A DNA stretch of 64,000 nt from Candidatus Omnitrophota bacterium (GTDB taxonomy: Bacteria; Omnitrophota; Gorgyraeia; 2-01-FULL-45-10), in contig JAPLME010000011.1 of assembly GCA_026387175.1 (NCBI GenBank), positions 129,856 to 193,855 on the forward strand. Direction: 5' to 3'. The notes beneath the pieces were generated by a model. The model saw nothing but the letters and a program-made list of their open reading frames with translations, ran no database searches and was not told the DNA's origin. Positions within the stretch are counted from its first letter, which is position 1. Each line of letters starts with the position of its first letter. The translations under genes and the position numbers were made by a program. Of the stretch, positions 1 through 9,618 are shown one piece after another.

Positions 1-2
1 CG

Positions 3-602
3 TGCGACAGGATATTTATTAACACCAGCGGCATAGGAGAGGTATATTACGATAAGCTTTCGACTGATAATATAATGACAGGCGACTCCGTAATAGTGAG
101 CGGCCCCATAGGCGATCACGCGATAAGCGTGATCTCGAAGAGGGAGGGCATAGAATTCAATACTATGATCAGGAGCGATTCGGCCCCTCTCGACAAATTA
201 ATCAGTAAGGTATTACGCGCGTCAAAGAAGGTGCGTTTTATGCGCGATCCCACCAGGGGAGGACTGGCGACTACGTTGAACGAAATAGCGTCGGGCGCGA
301 AATCGGGTATCGCGGTAGAAGAGGCGAAAGTGCCGGTCGCCGAAGGCGTGCGGCAGGCCTGTGAACTCCTCGGATTCGACCCGTTATATCTTGCGTGTGA
401 GGGCAGAGTGATCATAATAGCCGCGAAAGAAGATGGGCCGCGGATATTAAAGGCATTACGTTCCGAAAAGTGCGGCCGTGGAGCTAAGATAATAGGAAAT
501 GTAACCGGTGATCATTCGGGGAGAGTTCACCTTAATACGATATCCGGCGGCAAGAGGATCCTCGATATGCTTTCGGGAGAACAATTACCCAGGATCTGTT
601 GA
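3..602 (+). CDS. hypE: Hydrogenase maturation protein HypE (5' truncated by window edge)
   Basis: Frame open from base 3 (DRIFINTSGIG); MRDPTRGG, GFDPLYLACEG and C-terminal LPRIC are HypE signatures. Confidence 0.96.
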   Translation, partial: CDRIFINTSGIGEVYYDKLSTDNIMTGDSVIVSGPIGDHAISVISKREGIEFNTMIRSDSAPLDKLISKVLRASKKVRFMRDPTRGGLATTLNEIASGAKSGIAVEEAKVPVAEGVRQACELLGFDPLYLACEGRVIIIAAKEDGPRILKALRSEKCGRGAKIIGNVTGDHSGRVHLNTISGGKRILDMLSGEQLPRIC

Positions 603-605
603 ATT

Positions 606-1328
606 ATGTACAAAGCGCGAACATACAGAAGATGGGTTGAGCCTAAAGGGCTCGTCCCTTTCGAGGTCATCGAAAAAGAGACCGATCTGGCTATCTCTGC
701 CTCGAAAGTTTTAGAGGCTCAGGCAAGGGCCGCGGTATTGACCTTTAGACAGGACCTGGAGAATTATATAAAGATGGACCGGTCCTTTTTAACGTCGCTT
801 GCGCCTGTCGATGTCAGGCCCGACGCTCCCGCTATTGTTAAAATGATGGCGGATGCCGCCTTCAGGGCCGGCGTCGGCCCGATGGCGGCCGTGGCCGGAG
901 CTGTAGCGGAGATGGTCGGCAGAGAACTATTGAAATACTCCGGTGAGGTGATAGTCGAGAACGGCGGCGATATATTTATGAAGACGGACAAGAAGACCGT
1001 GATAGGTATTTATGCAGGCGCCTCCTCACCATTCACCGGAAAGATCGCCCTGGAGGTTGCCCCCGGAGATAACGGCCTCGGCGTCTGTACTTCGAGCGGC
1101 ACGGTCAGCCATTCTTTAAGCTTTGGAAAATCGGATGCAGTTGTTATAATATCAGAAGAGGCCTCTCTGGCGGATGCGGTAGCTACGGCTACGGGAAATA
1201 TCTTAAAAGCTCCCGGCGACATAGAGAAGGCCATAAATTTCGCGAAGTCGATAAAAGGCATAACAGGGGTTTTGGTTATAATGAAGGATAAGATGGGGAG
1301 CTGGGGGGATATAAAACTGATAGAGTAG
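606..1328 (+). CDS. UPF0280/ApbE-like protein (COG2122)
   Basis: VGPMAAVAGA, ENGGDI, CTSSGTVSHSLSFG, ADAVAT motifs. Confidence 0.88.
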   Translation: MYKARTYRRWVEPKGLVPFEVIEKETDLAISASKVLEAQARAAVLTFRQDLENYIKMDRSFLTSLAPVDVRPDAPAIVKMMADAAFRAGVGPMAAVAGAVAEMVGRELLKYSGEVIVENGGDIFMKTDKKTVIGIYAGASSPFTGKIALEVAPGDNGLGVCTSSGTVSHSLSFGKSDAVVIISEEASLADAVATATGNILKAPGDIEKAINFAKSIKGITGVLVIMKDKMGSWGDIKLIE

Positions 1329-1525
1329 ATTTTTCGGCGGCAGCAATCCGGCGTTTACTTTCGGTCAATGCTTCCGCTTGCCGCTCGCTCGGAATAGGCT
1401 TCCTCGCTCGCTGTTGCTAAAATTTCGATGATGAAGCCTATACCGCCTATAGGTATCGAAATTTTAGAAAGTCGCTCCAGCATCGCCCGAAAGTTCCGCC
1501 ATCTGACGAGGCCGAAAAATTTACT
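1324..1525 (-). other. Structured element, copy 1 (candidate ncRNA or ssDNA/MITE-like)
   Basis: Terminal inverted repeat 1324-1338/1511-1525 with nested stems; homologous to 1566-1856 in inverted orientation. Confidence 0.7.
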
Positions 1526-1565
1526 GGTGGGGTGAGCAGAGAGTGAGATTGGGGCAGGGAGCGGA

Positions 1566-1856
1566 GGCGAAAATATCATGTGTGATGCCCCAGATGATAT
1601 CCTCAGGCAGCGGAACTTCTGAGGGAAGCCTGGAGCGACTTTCGTAAAATCTTGATACTTCTAGGCGATATACCAGGACAATGAAACTGCAAAATACGGT
1701 TATTTATCTATAGGCAGGTTCATTGGCCATCAAGATTTTACAACAGCAGATTTACATGCCTAATGTAAATCTGCGACAAGCGAAAGGCTTACCACAGAAG
1801 TTTCGATGCTGCAGGAGAGGCGGATAGGTAGTAAGCATCCGAAGGATATTTTCGCC
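1566..1856 (+). other. Structured element, copy 2 (candidate ncRNA or ssDNA/MITE-like)
   Basis: Terminal inverted repeat GGCGAAAATATC/GATATTTTCGCC; nested stems 1644-1656/1729-1741 and 1746-1757/1763-1774. Confidence 0.7.
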
Positions 1857-1891
1857 GTAGATATTATTGACTGTTAACATAGGAGGTTACC

Positions 1892-2299
1892 ATGGTATCC
1901 AAGAAGATCGTTTTGACATTTAAGCATGACAACGTTGGCCAGCCTATCGTATATAAGCTCGTTAAGGACTATGACCTGGTCTTCAATATACTGCAGGCCA
2001 AGATCACGCCGCAGGAAGAGGGCGTCATGGTACTGGAGCTGAAGGGAAAGAAGGAAAATTACGCCGCGGGCATAAAATATCTTACATTGCTCGGCGTAAA
2101 GATACAGCCTCTTTCCCAGGATGTGACCAGGGACGAAGACAGATGCACTCACTGCGGCGCATGCGTTACGATATGCCCGTCCGAAGCGCTGTATACGGAC
2201 AAGAAGACGATGAAGGTGATATTCGATCCCGAGAAATGTATAGCCTGCGAACTCTGCGTAAAAGCCTGCCCCCCCAGAGCCATGATGGTCAAGCTATAG
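1892..2299 (+). CDS. NIL-domain 2[4Fe-4S] ferredoxin
   Basis: FNILQA (NIL domain) plus two CxxCxxCxxxCP motifs; AGGAGG RBS. Confidence 0.9.
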   Translation: MVSKKIVLTFKHDNVGQPIVYKLVKDYDLVFNILQAKITPQEEGVMVLELKGKKENYAAGIKYLTLLGVKIQPLSQDVTRDEDRCTHCGACVTICPSEALYTDKKTMKVIFDPEKCIACELCVKACPPRAMMVKL

Positions 2300-2302
2300 A
2301 TC

Positions 2303-2821
2303 ATGGCTAAGAAGGCGCCGCTTAAAGGATTACCGCCGATCGTCGATCGTTCATCAAGGGTGCTGGTCCTGGGTTCTTTCCCGAGCATAATATCGAGAGA
2401 GAAGAGAGAATACTACGCCCATCCCCGTAATTATTTCTGGGAGATTATCGCCGGAGTTGTGGGCGAGAGAACGCCCGTTACCTATAGGCGGAAGAAAGCA
2501 TTACTGAAGAAGCATAAGATAGGTCTTTGGGATATAGTAGGGTCCTGTTACCTGGAAGGCACACAGGACAGCATGATAAGGGGCCCGGCATTAAATGATA
2601 TCGCCGGGCTGTTAATAAAATACCCGAATATTAAAGCCGTATTCTTAGGAGGTAAAAAAGCATACAGCCTTTTTAAAAGACGATATCCGGCCTTAAAAGT
2701 GCCGTGTGAATGCTTGCCATCTACAAGCCCCGCCAACGCGGGGCAATCTCTGGGATCTAAAAAATCCGAATGGGAAAAAATAATAAGGATAAATAATAAG
2801 TGTTGTCCGAGCAAGAGATAA
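2303..2821 (+). CDS. UDG-superfamily DNA-deoxyinosine/mismatch glycosylase
   Basis: LGSFPS, YYAHPRNYFW, GLWD, LPSTSPAN. Confidence 0.9.
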   Translation: MAKKAPLKGLPPIVDRSSRVLVLGSFPSIISREKREYYAHPRNYFWEIIAGVVGERTPVTYRRKKALLKKHKIGLWDIVGSCYLEGTQDSMIRGPALNDIAGLLIKYPNIKAVFLGGKKAYSLFKRRYPALKVPCECLPSTSPANAGQSLGSKKSEWEKIIRINNKCCPSKR

Positions 2822-4116
2822 TAAAAGACGATCTTCCAGCGGACCTGGATGTAAATGCCGAATTCCGGGCGGCTTTTGACCTTATGGAGAATACAAGCGA
2901 CTCTCTATTCATCACAGGCAAGGCGGGCACAGGCAAATCGACGCTTCTCAAATATTTCAAGGCCCACACGGGTAAGAAGGTGATAGTCCTGGCCCCGACA
3001 GGCGTTGCCGCCGTCAACATCAACGGCCAGACCATCCATTCTTTCTTTAAGTTCCCTCCGCGGGTCATCCAGAAGGAGACGATACGGCGCTTGCGCGATA
3101 AGAGCCTGGTAGGAAATCTCGATATGGTGATAATAGACGAAGTGTCGATGGTTCGCGCGGACCTGATGGACGGGATCGATTACGCTTTACGGATCAATCG
3201 CGACGAGATGAGGAAGCCGTTCGGAGGGGTCCAGATGGTGTTTTTCGGAGACCTCTTCCAACTCTGTCCCGTAGTCGAACAGGAGGCGAAGGCGCTTTTG
3301 GAAGAACGATACTCGAGCCCGTATTTTTTCAGCGCCAAAGTCTTTAACGATTTTTATGTAAAACCCATCGAACTCTCCACGATATACAGGCAAAAAGACG
3401 ACAGTTTTATGGAGCTATTGAACAGGGTCAGGAACAAGGAACATACCGAGGAAGATCTCGACACATTAAACGCGAGGGTCCAGAGAGATGCCTCATTTTC
3501 AGCGAAAGATGATACGGTGATCCTGACGACTACGAATGTCCTGGCGAACTCGATTAACCGCGACAGGTTGGCGAAGCTTCCCGGGAGAGAATTTATATAT
3601 GAAGCGATCGCCTCCGGTAAATTCGACGAGTCCGCGTATCCGACGGACGGAGCCTTAAAGTTAAAGAAGGGCGCGCAGGTGATATTGATAAAGAACGATC
3701 CCGCACGGCAATGGGTGAACGGCACGCTTGCCAGAATATTCGCCCTGTCGGACGATTCGATAACGGTCGATATCAAAGGGCGCCTATGCTCTATTCCGGT
3801 AGTGAAATGGCAGAAGATCGAATATAGTTATAATGAAGATGAGGACAAGATAGAAGACGAGATCGTGGGGACATTTGAGCAATATCCCATTAAGCTGGCC
3901 TGGGCCATAACGATTCATAAGAGCCAGGGGCAGACGTTCGATAAGGTTATACTCGACCTGGGAAACGGCGCGTTCACCCACGGCCAATTATACGTGGCAC
4001 TCAGCAGATGCACCCGCCTGGAGGGCATAAGGCTTAGGCGCCCGGTAATGGACAGCGACATTATATTCGATCCTCGCATCTACGAATTCAAAGACCGTTT
4101 TGCCTCTTTACTTTAG
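2800..4116 (+). CDS. PIF1-family SF1B DNA helicase
   Basis: GKAGTGKS, APTGVAA, IIDEVSM, GDLFQL, AITIHKSQGQT, YVALSR. Confidence 0.92.
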   Translation: MLSEQEIIKDDLPADLDVNAEFRAAFDLMENTSDSLFITGKAGTGKSTLLKYFKAHTGKKVIVLAPTGVAAVNINGQTIHSFFKFPPRVIQKETIRRLRDKSLVGNLDMVIIDEVSMVRADLMDGIDYALRINRDEMRKPFGGVQMVFFGDLFQLCPVVEQEAKALLEERYSSPYFFSAKVFNDFYVKPIELSTIYRQKDDSFMELLNRVRNKEHTEEDLDTLNARVQRDASFSAKDDTVILTTTNVLANSINRDRLAKLPGREFIYEAIASGKFDESAYPTDGALKLKKGAQVILIKNDPARQWVNGTLARIFALSDDSITVDIKGRLCSIPVVKWQKIEYSYNEDEDKIEDEIVGTFEQYPIKLAWAITIHKSQGQTFDKVILDLGNGAFTHGQLYVALSRCTRLEGIRLRRPVMDSDIIFDPRIYEFKDRFASLL

Positions 4117-4148
4117 TAATTTCCCGGCAAAACAGGCATAATTCCGCC

Positions 4149-4177
4149 TTGACTGGAGTTTGTTATTGGTCTACAAT
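4149..4177 (+). promoter_or_regulatory. Sigma70-type promoter of the hydrogenase operon
   Basis: TTGACT-17 bp-TACAAT; implies a start at ATG 4203 rather than TTG 4149. Confidence 0.6.
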
Positions 4178-4202
4178 ATATTCTCTTAATCAAATAAATT
4201 AT

Positions 4203-5249
4203 ATGCATAATAATCTATATATGATATCCAAAAAAGACCTCTCCGACCTCTTCGGCCGGCTTGCCGCGAAGAATAGGGTTGTCGTGCCGTATGTGAAAGG
4301 CGAGAGGCTGCATTTCGGCGACTTTGATCCCAAAAAAGAGGATGTCATTGAGCTCGGTGGTATCAGGCAGAGCCAGCCGTTCAAATCGTTTATCAATCCC
4401 GCGAGAGAGAAGATGACCCCTTGCGGCAAGGATAAAAAACCCCTCATAATAGCCGGAGTAAAGGCATGCGACCTCTCAAGCCTTGTTTTGCAGGATTTCG
4501 TTTTCCAGGGCGGAGACGTCGAGGACCCGTTCTATACGGAGAATAGGAATAATACGACTATCATAGCTGTCGATTGCACTTACGCCAAGGAGACATGTTT
4601 CTGCATCGCGATGGACGGCGCCCCCTACCCGAGAAAGTTCTTCGACCTTTCGCTATCGGCCATAGATAACCATTTCCTTGTAGAGGCCGCTAGCCCGAAG
4701 GGACAGAAGATAGTCGATGATTTCAGGCCATTCTTTAAGAATCCGTCTTTACACATGGTAGATATAAGGCAGACGCTCCGCGACAGAGTGTCGAAGCAGG
4801 TGCAGGGCTTCATAGATAAGAGAGGCACTCAGAACACCTCACAGATCAAAGGGACGGTAAAGAAAAATTATGACCTGACGGAATTCTGGAAGGATATGGC
4901 GTCGACCTGCGTGGAGTGCGGGGCATGCAATCTGGTCTGCCCGACATGTCACTGTTTTCTGCTATCCGACGAGAAAGATACCTCCGGAGCGAAGCGTTTC
5001 AGGTCCTGGGACGCCTGTCTTTACGGTACGTTCGCCAGAGTGGCCGGAAATCATAATCCCAGGAGGCATCTGCATGAGCGCCTGCGCAACAGGTTCGATA
5101 AGAAGTTCGAATTCTTTCCGGAAGTGCTGAACTATTTCGCGTGCACGGGCTGCGGCCGCTGTATCGAAGCGTGCCCGGGAGATATAGATATAAGGGAAGT
5201 CTTGAAAGGCCTGGTAGTGGGAAAATGGAGCAAACCTCCGCATGATTAG
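4203..5249 (+). CDS. Sulfhydrogenase beta/AsrA-like 4Fe-4S subunit
   Basis: GVKACD, TCFC, CVECGACNLVCPTCHCF, WDAC, CTGCGRCIEACP. Confidence 0.88.
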   Translation: MHNNLYMISKKDLSDLFGRLAAKNRVVVPYVKGERLHFGDFDPKKEDVIELGGIRQSQPFKSFINPAREKMTPCGKDKKPLIIAGVKACDLSSLVLQDFVFQGGDVEDPFYTENRNNTTIIAVDCTYAKETCFCIAMDGAPYPRKFFDLSLSAIDNHFLVEAASPKGQKIVDDFRPFFKNPSLHMVDIRQTLRDRVSKQVQGFIDKRGTQNTSQIKGTVKKNYDLTEFWKDMASTCVECGACNLVCPTCHCFLLSDEKDTSGAKRFRSWDACLYGTFARVAGNHNPRRHLHERLRNRFDKKFEFFPEVLNYFACTGCGRCIEACPGDIDIREVLKGLVVGKWSKPPHD

Positions 5250-6072
5250 CTGCGCGAAGAATCCATACGCGTTTATCGACGCGGAAGTGCTGAAGGTGAC
5301 CGATGAGACGTCGAACATAAAGACGTTCACTCTGAGGCCACGCGCCGACATCTCTTTCAGGGCCGGGCAGTTCATGGAAGTGACGCTTCCGGGCATAGGA
5401 GAGGCGCCGTTTACTCCGTCCTCGAACCATAATTTTAAGGAGACGCTTGATTTCACGATAATGAGCGCCGGCCGTGTCACAAAACTCCTGCACCAGGCGA
5501 AGGCGGGCGATGTAATAGGCCTGCGCGGGCCGTATGGCGCGAAGTACCCTCTGGATGTATTCAAAGGCAAAGAGGTATTCATAGTAGGCGGCGGCGTGGG
5601 CTTGGCGCCACTGAGAGCACTGCTATATGCGTTATTCAACGACGTGAACGATTATAAGAAGATAATCTTAAGATACGGCGCCAGGTCGCCGAGCGATATA
5701 GTTTATAAGGGCGAAATAGATTCCTGGAAGACTAAGGCGGGCCACGTCGACATCATGGTCAGCTGCGACGTCGGAGACCCGTCATGGAACGGCCATGTCG
5801 GACTGGTCACCACTATACTTAAGACCGAGGGGCTGGACGTAAATAACGCTGTCGCGATAGTGTGCGGCCCGCCCATAATGATGAAGTTTGCCACATTCAA
5901 ACTTTTGGACCTCGGGTTCAAGGACAGCCAGATATACCTTTCGATGGAAAAGAATATGTCATGCGGGATCGGTAAATGCGGCCATTGCAGGATAGGGCCA
6001 TACTACGCCTGCAAGGACGGCCCCGTATTTTCTTATGACAAGATAAAAGGGCTCCCTAATATTTGGGATTGA
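5242..6072 (+). CDS. Sulfhydrogenase gamma/AsrB-like FAD/NAD(P)-binding 2Fe-2S subunit
   Basis: GEAPF, RGPYG, GGGVGLAP, CGPPIMM, MSCGIGKCGHC...CKDGPVF. Confidence 0.9.
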   Translation: MISCAKNPYAFIDAEVLKVTDETSNIKTFTLRPRADISFRAGQFMEVTLPGIGEAPFTPSSNHNFKETLDFTIMSAGRVTKLLHQAKAGDVIGLRGPYGAKYPLDVFKGKEVFIVGGGVGLAPLRALLYALFNDVNDYKKIILRYGARSPSDIVYKGEIDSWKTKAGHVDIMVSCDVGDPSWNGHVGLVTTILKTEGLDVNNAVAIVCGPPIMMKFATFKLLDLGFKDSQIYLSMEKNMSCGIGKCGHCRIGPYYACKDGPVFSYDKIKGLPNIWD

Positions 6073-6076
6073 CCAT

Positions 6077-6583
6077 ATGAAGAGACTACTCATAGATTTG
6101 GATGCATGCTCCGGATGCGATGAATGCGGGATGCTCTGCAGTTATATACAGCATCCCGGCAATAACGGTATAACGTCCCTGCGTGAATTCGGACATTTCG
6201 CTATCGTCTGCCGCAGGTGCGACGATGCCCCGTGCGTGGCCTCATGCCCGTGGGAAGCGCTGGAATTGCAGAAAGAGTACAATATGATAAAGCGCTATCT
6301 GATGCGCTGCACCTCCTGCAAATCCTGTTCCAGGGCCTGTCCGTTCGGAGTCATATATCCGGAGACGATACCGCTGGTGGCATCACGCTGCGATTACTGT
6401 TTGGGCAGGCTGAGGGCGGACGAGTATCCTGTATGCCTGCAGTCGTGCAGTCACGGCGGAATAAAATACGGCGAGTTCGAGGAGAACAAGGAAGAGAACA
6501 TATTTAAGGCATCGGAATACTTATTGATCAAGACGAACTATAAATGGGAGCGGGTCCTCGAGCTCCCGAAGAAAAAACAATAG
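6077..6583 (+). CDS. Multi-[4Fe-4S] electron transfer protein
   Basis: CSGCDEC, CRRCDDAPCVASCP, CTSCKSCSRACP, CDYC. Confidence 0.85.
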   Translation: MKRLLIDLDACSGCDECGMLCSYIQHPGNNGITSLREFGHFAIVCRRCDDAPCVASCPWEALELQKEYNMIKRYLMRCTSCKSCSRACPFGVIYPETIPLVASRCDYCLGRLRADEYPVCLQSCSHGGIKYGEFEENKEENIFKASEYLLIKTNYKWERVLELPKKKQ

Positions 6584-6585
6584 AT

Positions 6586-7524
6586 ATGGACGCATTGTTA
6601 TATATATTAGCTTTTCTGGTATTTCCGGGGTTATTATTCTCCGGAATCATGGGGCTCCTTGTGGGCTGGGTTGACAGGAAAGTCACGGCCAGGCTTCAGT
6701 GGAGATCCGGTCCGCCGTGGTATCAGAACTTTCTCGATATAGCGAAGCTGGGGTTATATAAGGAGACGCTGATACCCGAGGGTGTATCGAAGGTCATGTT
6801 CTTAGGGATGCCCGTTTTGGCCCTCGCCGCTACGACTCTCGTATCTACGGTAGTCCTTGTAGCGAACATTTTTCCCATAACGGGTTTCATCGGGGATATC
6901 ATAGTCGTCATCTATCTTTTACTTATACCGCCTGTCGCGCTTATGCTCGGAGGTTTCTCGTCGGCGAACTCCGTAGCTTCCCTGGGAGCCTCCAGAGAGA
7001 TGAAGCTGATGCTCTCATATGAGCTGCCGTTTATATTGACGTTGGTGACGGTAATCATTAAGAGCGGTTACGCGATAAGGCTGGGCGAGATCATTACATA
7101 CCAGCGCATGCATGGGGATATCTTTGCGAGCCCATCGGGGTTCATAGCATTCTTTGTAATGCTCCTATGTGTGCAGGCGAAACTCGGTTTTGTCCCGTTC
7201 GATATGCCCGAGGCCGAAACGGAGATCATGTCGGGGCCATACATAGAATACTCAGGTAAGGCGCTCGCCATATTCAAATTGGCTAAAGCAATGCTCTTAT
7301 TTGTCATCCCCGTTATTTTGATAACACTCTATTTTGGCGGCATAAAGTTAAGCCTTGGAGGCCTGCTCAAGACCGTGGTAGAGTACGTATCGATACTGGT
7401 ATTGATCATTGTGATAAAGAATACGAATCCCCGCGTCAGGATAGACCATGCGGTGAAGTTTTTTTGGGGCACAGTAACAGTGGGGGCTCTTTTATCGGTG
7501 GCGCTGGCGCTTATAGGAAGATAG
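6586..7524 (+). CDS. NuoH/HycD-like membrane subunit of group 4 hydrogenase
   Basis: DRKVTARLQWRSGPP, PFDMPEAETEI.SGPYIEYSG, PRVRID; start moved to ATG 6586. Confidence 0.92.
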   Translation: MDALLYILAFLVFPGLLFSGIMGLLVGWVDRKVTARLQWRSGPPWYQNFLDIAKLGLYKETLIPEGVSKVMFLGMPVLALAATTLVSTVVLVANIFPITGFIGDIIVVIYLLLIPPVALMLGGFSSANSVASLGASREMKLMLSYELPFILTLVTVIIKSGYAIRLGEIITYQRMHGDIFASPSGFIAFFVMLLCVQAKLGFVPFDMPEAETEIMSGPYIEYSGKALAIFKLAKAMLLFVIPVILITLYFGGIKLSLGGLLKTVVEYVSILVLIIVIKNTNPRVRIDHAVKFFWGTVTVGALLSVALALIGR

Positions 7525-7525
7525 A

Positions 7526-7963
7526 ATGGGACTAAAAGAGAACATACTTACAAGATCGATAAATATATTCCATGTATCGAGCGGGAGCTGCAATAACTGC
7601 GATATAGAGATCATCGACAGCCTTACGCCGCGTTTCGATCTGGAGCGTTTCGGGGTGACGCTGGTCGGCAGCATAAAGCATGCGGACGCTATGCTCTGCA
7701 CCGGGAGCGCCAATCGCCTGACGATACCTATTATAAAGAAATTATATGAGCAGATGCCCAAGCCCGGCTTCGTTATAGTGTACGGCGCCTGCGGGTGTTC
7801 AAGAGGCTTATTTAAAGACAGCTATAATACAGGCGCTCCTCTCGACGAAATAATACCGGTCGATGCGTATATACCTGGGTGCCCTCCGAAGCCTGAGGCA
7901 ACCATTGCGGCACTTGTCAAATTGATAAGTAAGATAAAATCGAATAAGGCCAAAAAAATATGA
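7526..7963 (+). CDS. Group 4 [NiFe]-hydrogenase small subunit (NuoB-like)
   Basis: SCNNCDIE, GAC, PVDAYIPGCPP. Confidence 0.93.
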   Translation: MGLKENILTRSINIFHVSSGSCNNCDIEIIDSLTPRFDLERFGVTLVGSIKHADAMLCTGSANRLTIPIIKKLYEQMPKPGFVIVYGACGCSRGLFKDSYNTGAPLDEIIPVDAYIPGCPPKPEATIAALVKLISKIKSNKAKKI

Positions 7964-8427
7964 CGATAGACGATATCCTGAAGAATATAAACGACCATTT
8001 TGGCGACAGGGTGCTGAAGACGGAGAAGAAGTCCTCGAAGAGGGCATATCTCGACATATATCCTAAGGATATAGTGGATATGGCCGGATACATATTTAAA
8101 GAACTCGGCCTTCGGTTCAATATAGCCAGCGCGGTGGATGATTTCGACAGAATAGAGATACTCTACCACTTCGCGTACGATCCCTCCGGCGTAATAATAT
8201 CGGTAAGGGCAATATTGAATGATAAAGACAGCCCGTCCATCGATACCATCACCCATGTCACTAAGGCGGCGTGGTGGATAGAGAGGGAGATACATGAGCT
8301 ATTCGGCGTGGAATTTGAAGGTAACGAGGACCTGAGGACGCTCCTCTTGCCCGACGATTGGCCGAAAGGCGTTTATCCGATGAGGAAGAGCTTCGTTGTG
8401 CCTAAGAGAGATTCGAGGAAAGCATGA
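7960..8427 (+). CDS. NuoC-like hydrogenase subunit
   Basis: WIEREIHELFGVEFEG, LLLPDDWP..YPMRK. Confidence 0.92.
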   Translation: MTIDDILKNINDHFGDRVLKTEKKSSKRAYLDIYPKDIVDMAGYIFKELGLRFNIASAVDDFDRIEILYHFAYDPSGVIISVRAILNDKDSPSIDTITHVTKAAWWIEREIHELFGVEFEGNEDLRTLLLPDDWPKGVYPMRKSFVVPKRDSRKA

Positions 8428-9614
8428 GCGATAATAGATCGACGATACCTGTAGGACCATACCATCCGCTCCAGGAAGAGCCGGAGTTCTGGAAACTCAT
8501 CGTGGACGGCGAGACTGTGGTCGACGTAGATGTCAGGATCGGCTATAATCACCGCGGCATAGAGAAGATTTCGGAGTCGAAGAGCTTCGACCAGTCGCTC
8601 TTCATAGTGGAGAGGATATGCGGGATATGTTCTTCGAGCCATCCGATCGCTTGCGCTCAGGCGATAGAGGACATCTGTAATATCGAGGTGCCCGAAAGAG
8701 CGCTATACATAAGGACGATCACGCAGGAGCTCGAGAGGATACATTCGCATATGCTGTGGCTGGGATTAGCGGGCCACTTCATCGGATATAATACGGTATT
8801 TATGTGGGGGTGGAAGTACAGGGAGCCGATATGCGATATCATGGAGACCATAACCGGCAACCGCCAGAATTACGCTATGCACAAAGTCGGCGGGGTCAGG
8901 CGCGATATTGAAAAGGAGCACGTATCTTACATATTGACCAGGCTCGATGAATTTTTAAAACAGCTGGATATGCTGAAGGGCGCGATCCTGGATGATCCCG
9001 TCCTCCACGCGCGGTTAAAAGGCGTCGGGATACTGACGAGAGAAGCCGCGATAGAGTATTCAGCCCTTGGCCCGGTGGCCAGGGCCTCAGGCGTCGACAT
9101 AGACGTAAGGCGCGACCATCCGTATGGCGTATACAGTAAATTGAAATGGAACGTTATCACGCAAGACGAAGGCGACGTTTTCGCTAAGGCGGTAGTGAGG
9201 ATACTCGAGATGTTCGAATCCGCCAGTATCGTGAGACAGTGCCTCGATAAGATGCCGGAGGGCCCGATAGATTCGAAACCGAAGGATATAACGCCGGGCG
9301 AGGGCATCGGAGTGATAGAAGCCCCGAGAGGCGAATGTTTCCATTATGTAAAGTGCGACGGCACAAACTCGCCTGTCCGCCACAAGATCCGCGCCCCAAC
9401 CTATATGAACTTTCCGACATTCAGGGAGACGGTCGTGGGCCAGACGGTATCGGACGCCACTATAATAATGGCGTCGATAGACCCTTGCTATTGCTGTACG
9501 GAGAGAATGGCTATCGTGGATACAAATGATAAAGAGCTGCTGAAAGCAGAAGATCTGATCAGGCTTTCGCAGGAGAAGACGCGCAGGATAAAAGAAAAGC
9601 TCGGGGTAAAATAA
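8424..9614 (+). CDS. Group 4 [NiFe]-hydrogenase large subunit
   Basis: L1 ERICGICSSSH and L2 DPCYCCTER followed by a cleavable C-terminal extension. Confidence 0.95.
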   Translation: MSDNRSTIPVGPYHPLQEEPEFWKLIVDGETVVDVDVRIGYNHRGIEKISESKSFDQSLFIVERICGICSSSHPIACAQAIEDICNIEVPERALYIRTITQELERIHSHMLWLGLAGHFIGYNTVFMWGWKYREPICDIMETITGNRQNYAMHKVGGVRRDIEKEHVSYILTRLDEFLKQLDMLKGAILDDPVLHARLKGVGILTREAAIEYSALGPVARASGVDIDVRRDHPYGVYSKLKWNVITQDEGDVFAKAVVRILEMFESASIVRQCLDKMPEGPIDSKPKDITPGEGIGVIEAPRGECFHYVKCDGTNSPVRHKIRAPTYMNFPTFRETVVGQTVSDATIIMASIDPCYCCTERMAIVDTNDKELLKAEDLIRLSQEKTRRIKEKLGVK

Positions 9615-9618
9615 GAGA

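Noticed and set aside
1355-1579. 74-aa minus-strand ORF in the intergenic gap
   Set aside because: No recognisable motif or RBS, and copy 2 has no equivalent listed ORF; better explained by the structured element.
1566-1856. Group I/II intron, RNase P, tmRNA or SRP identity for the structured element
   Set aside because: I could not find their hallmark motifs (domain V, P7 core, GAGGAAAGUCC, tRNA-like ends); an Rfam scan is still needed.
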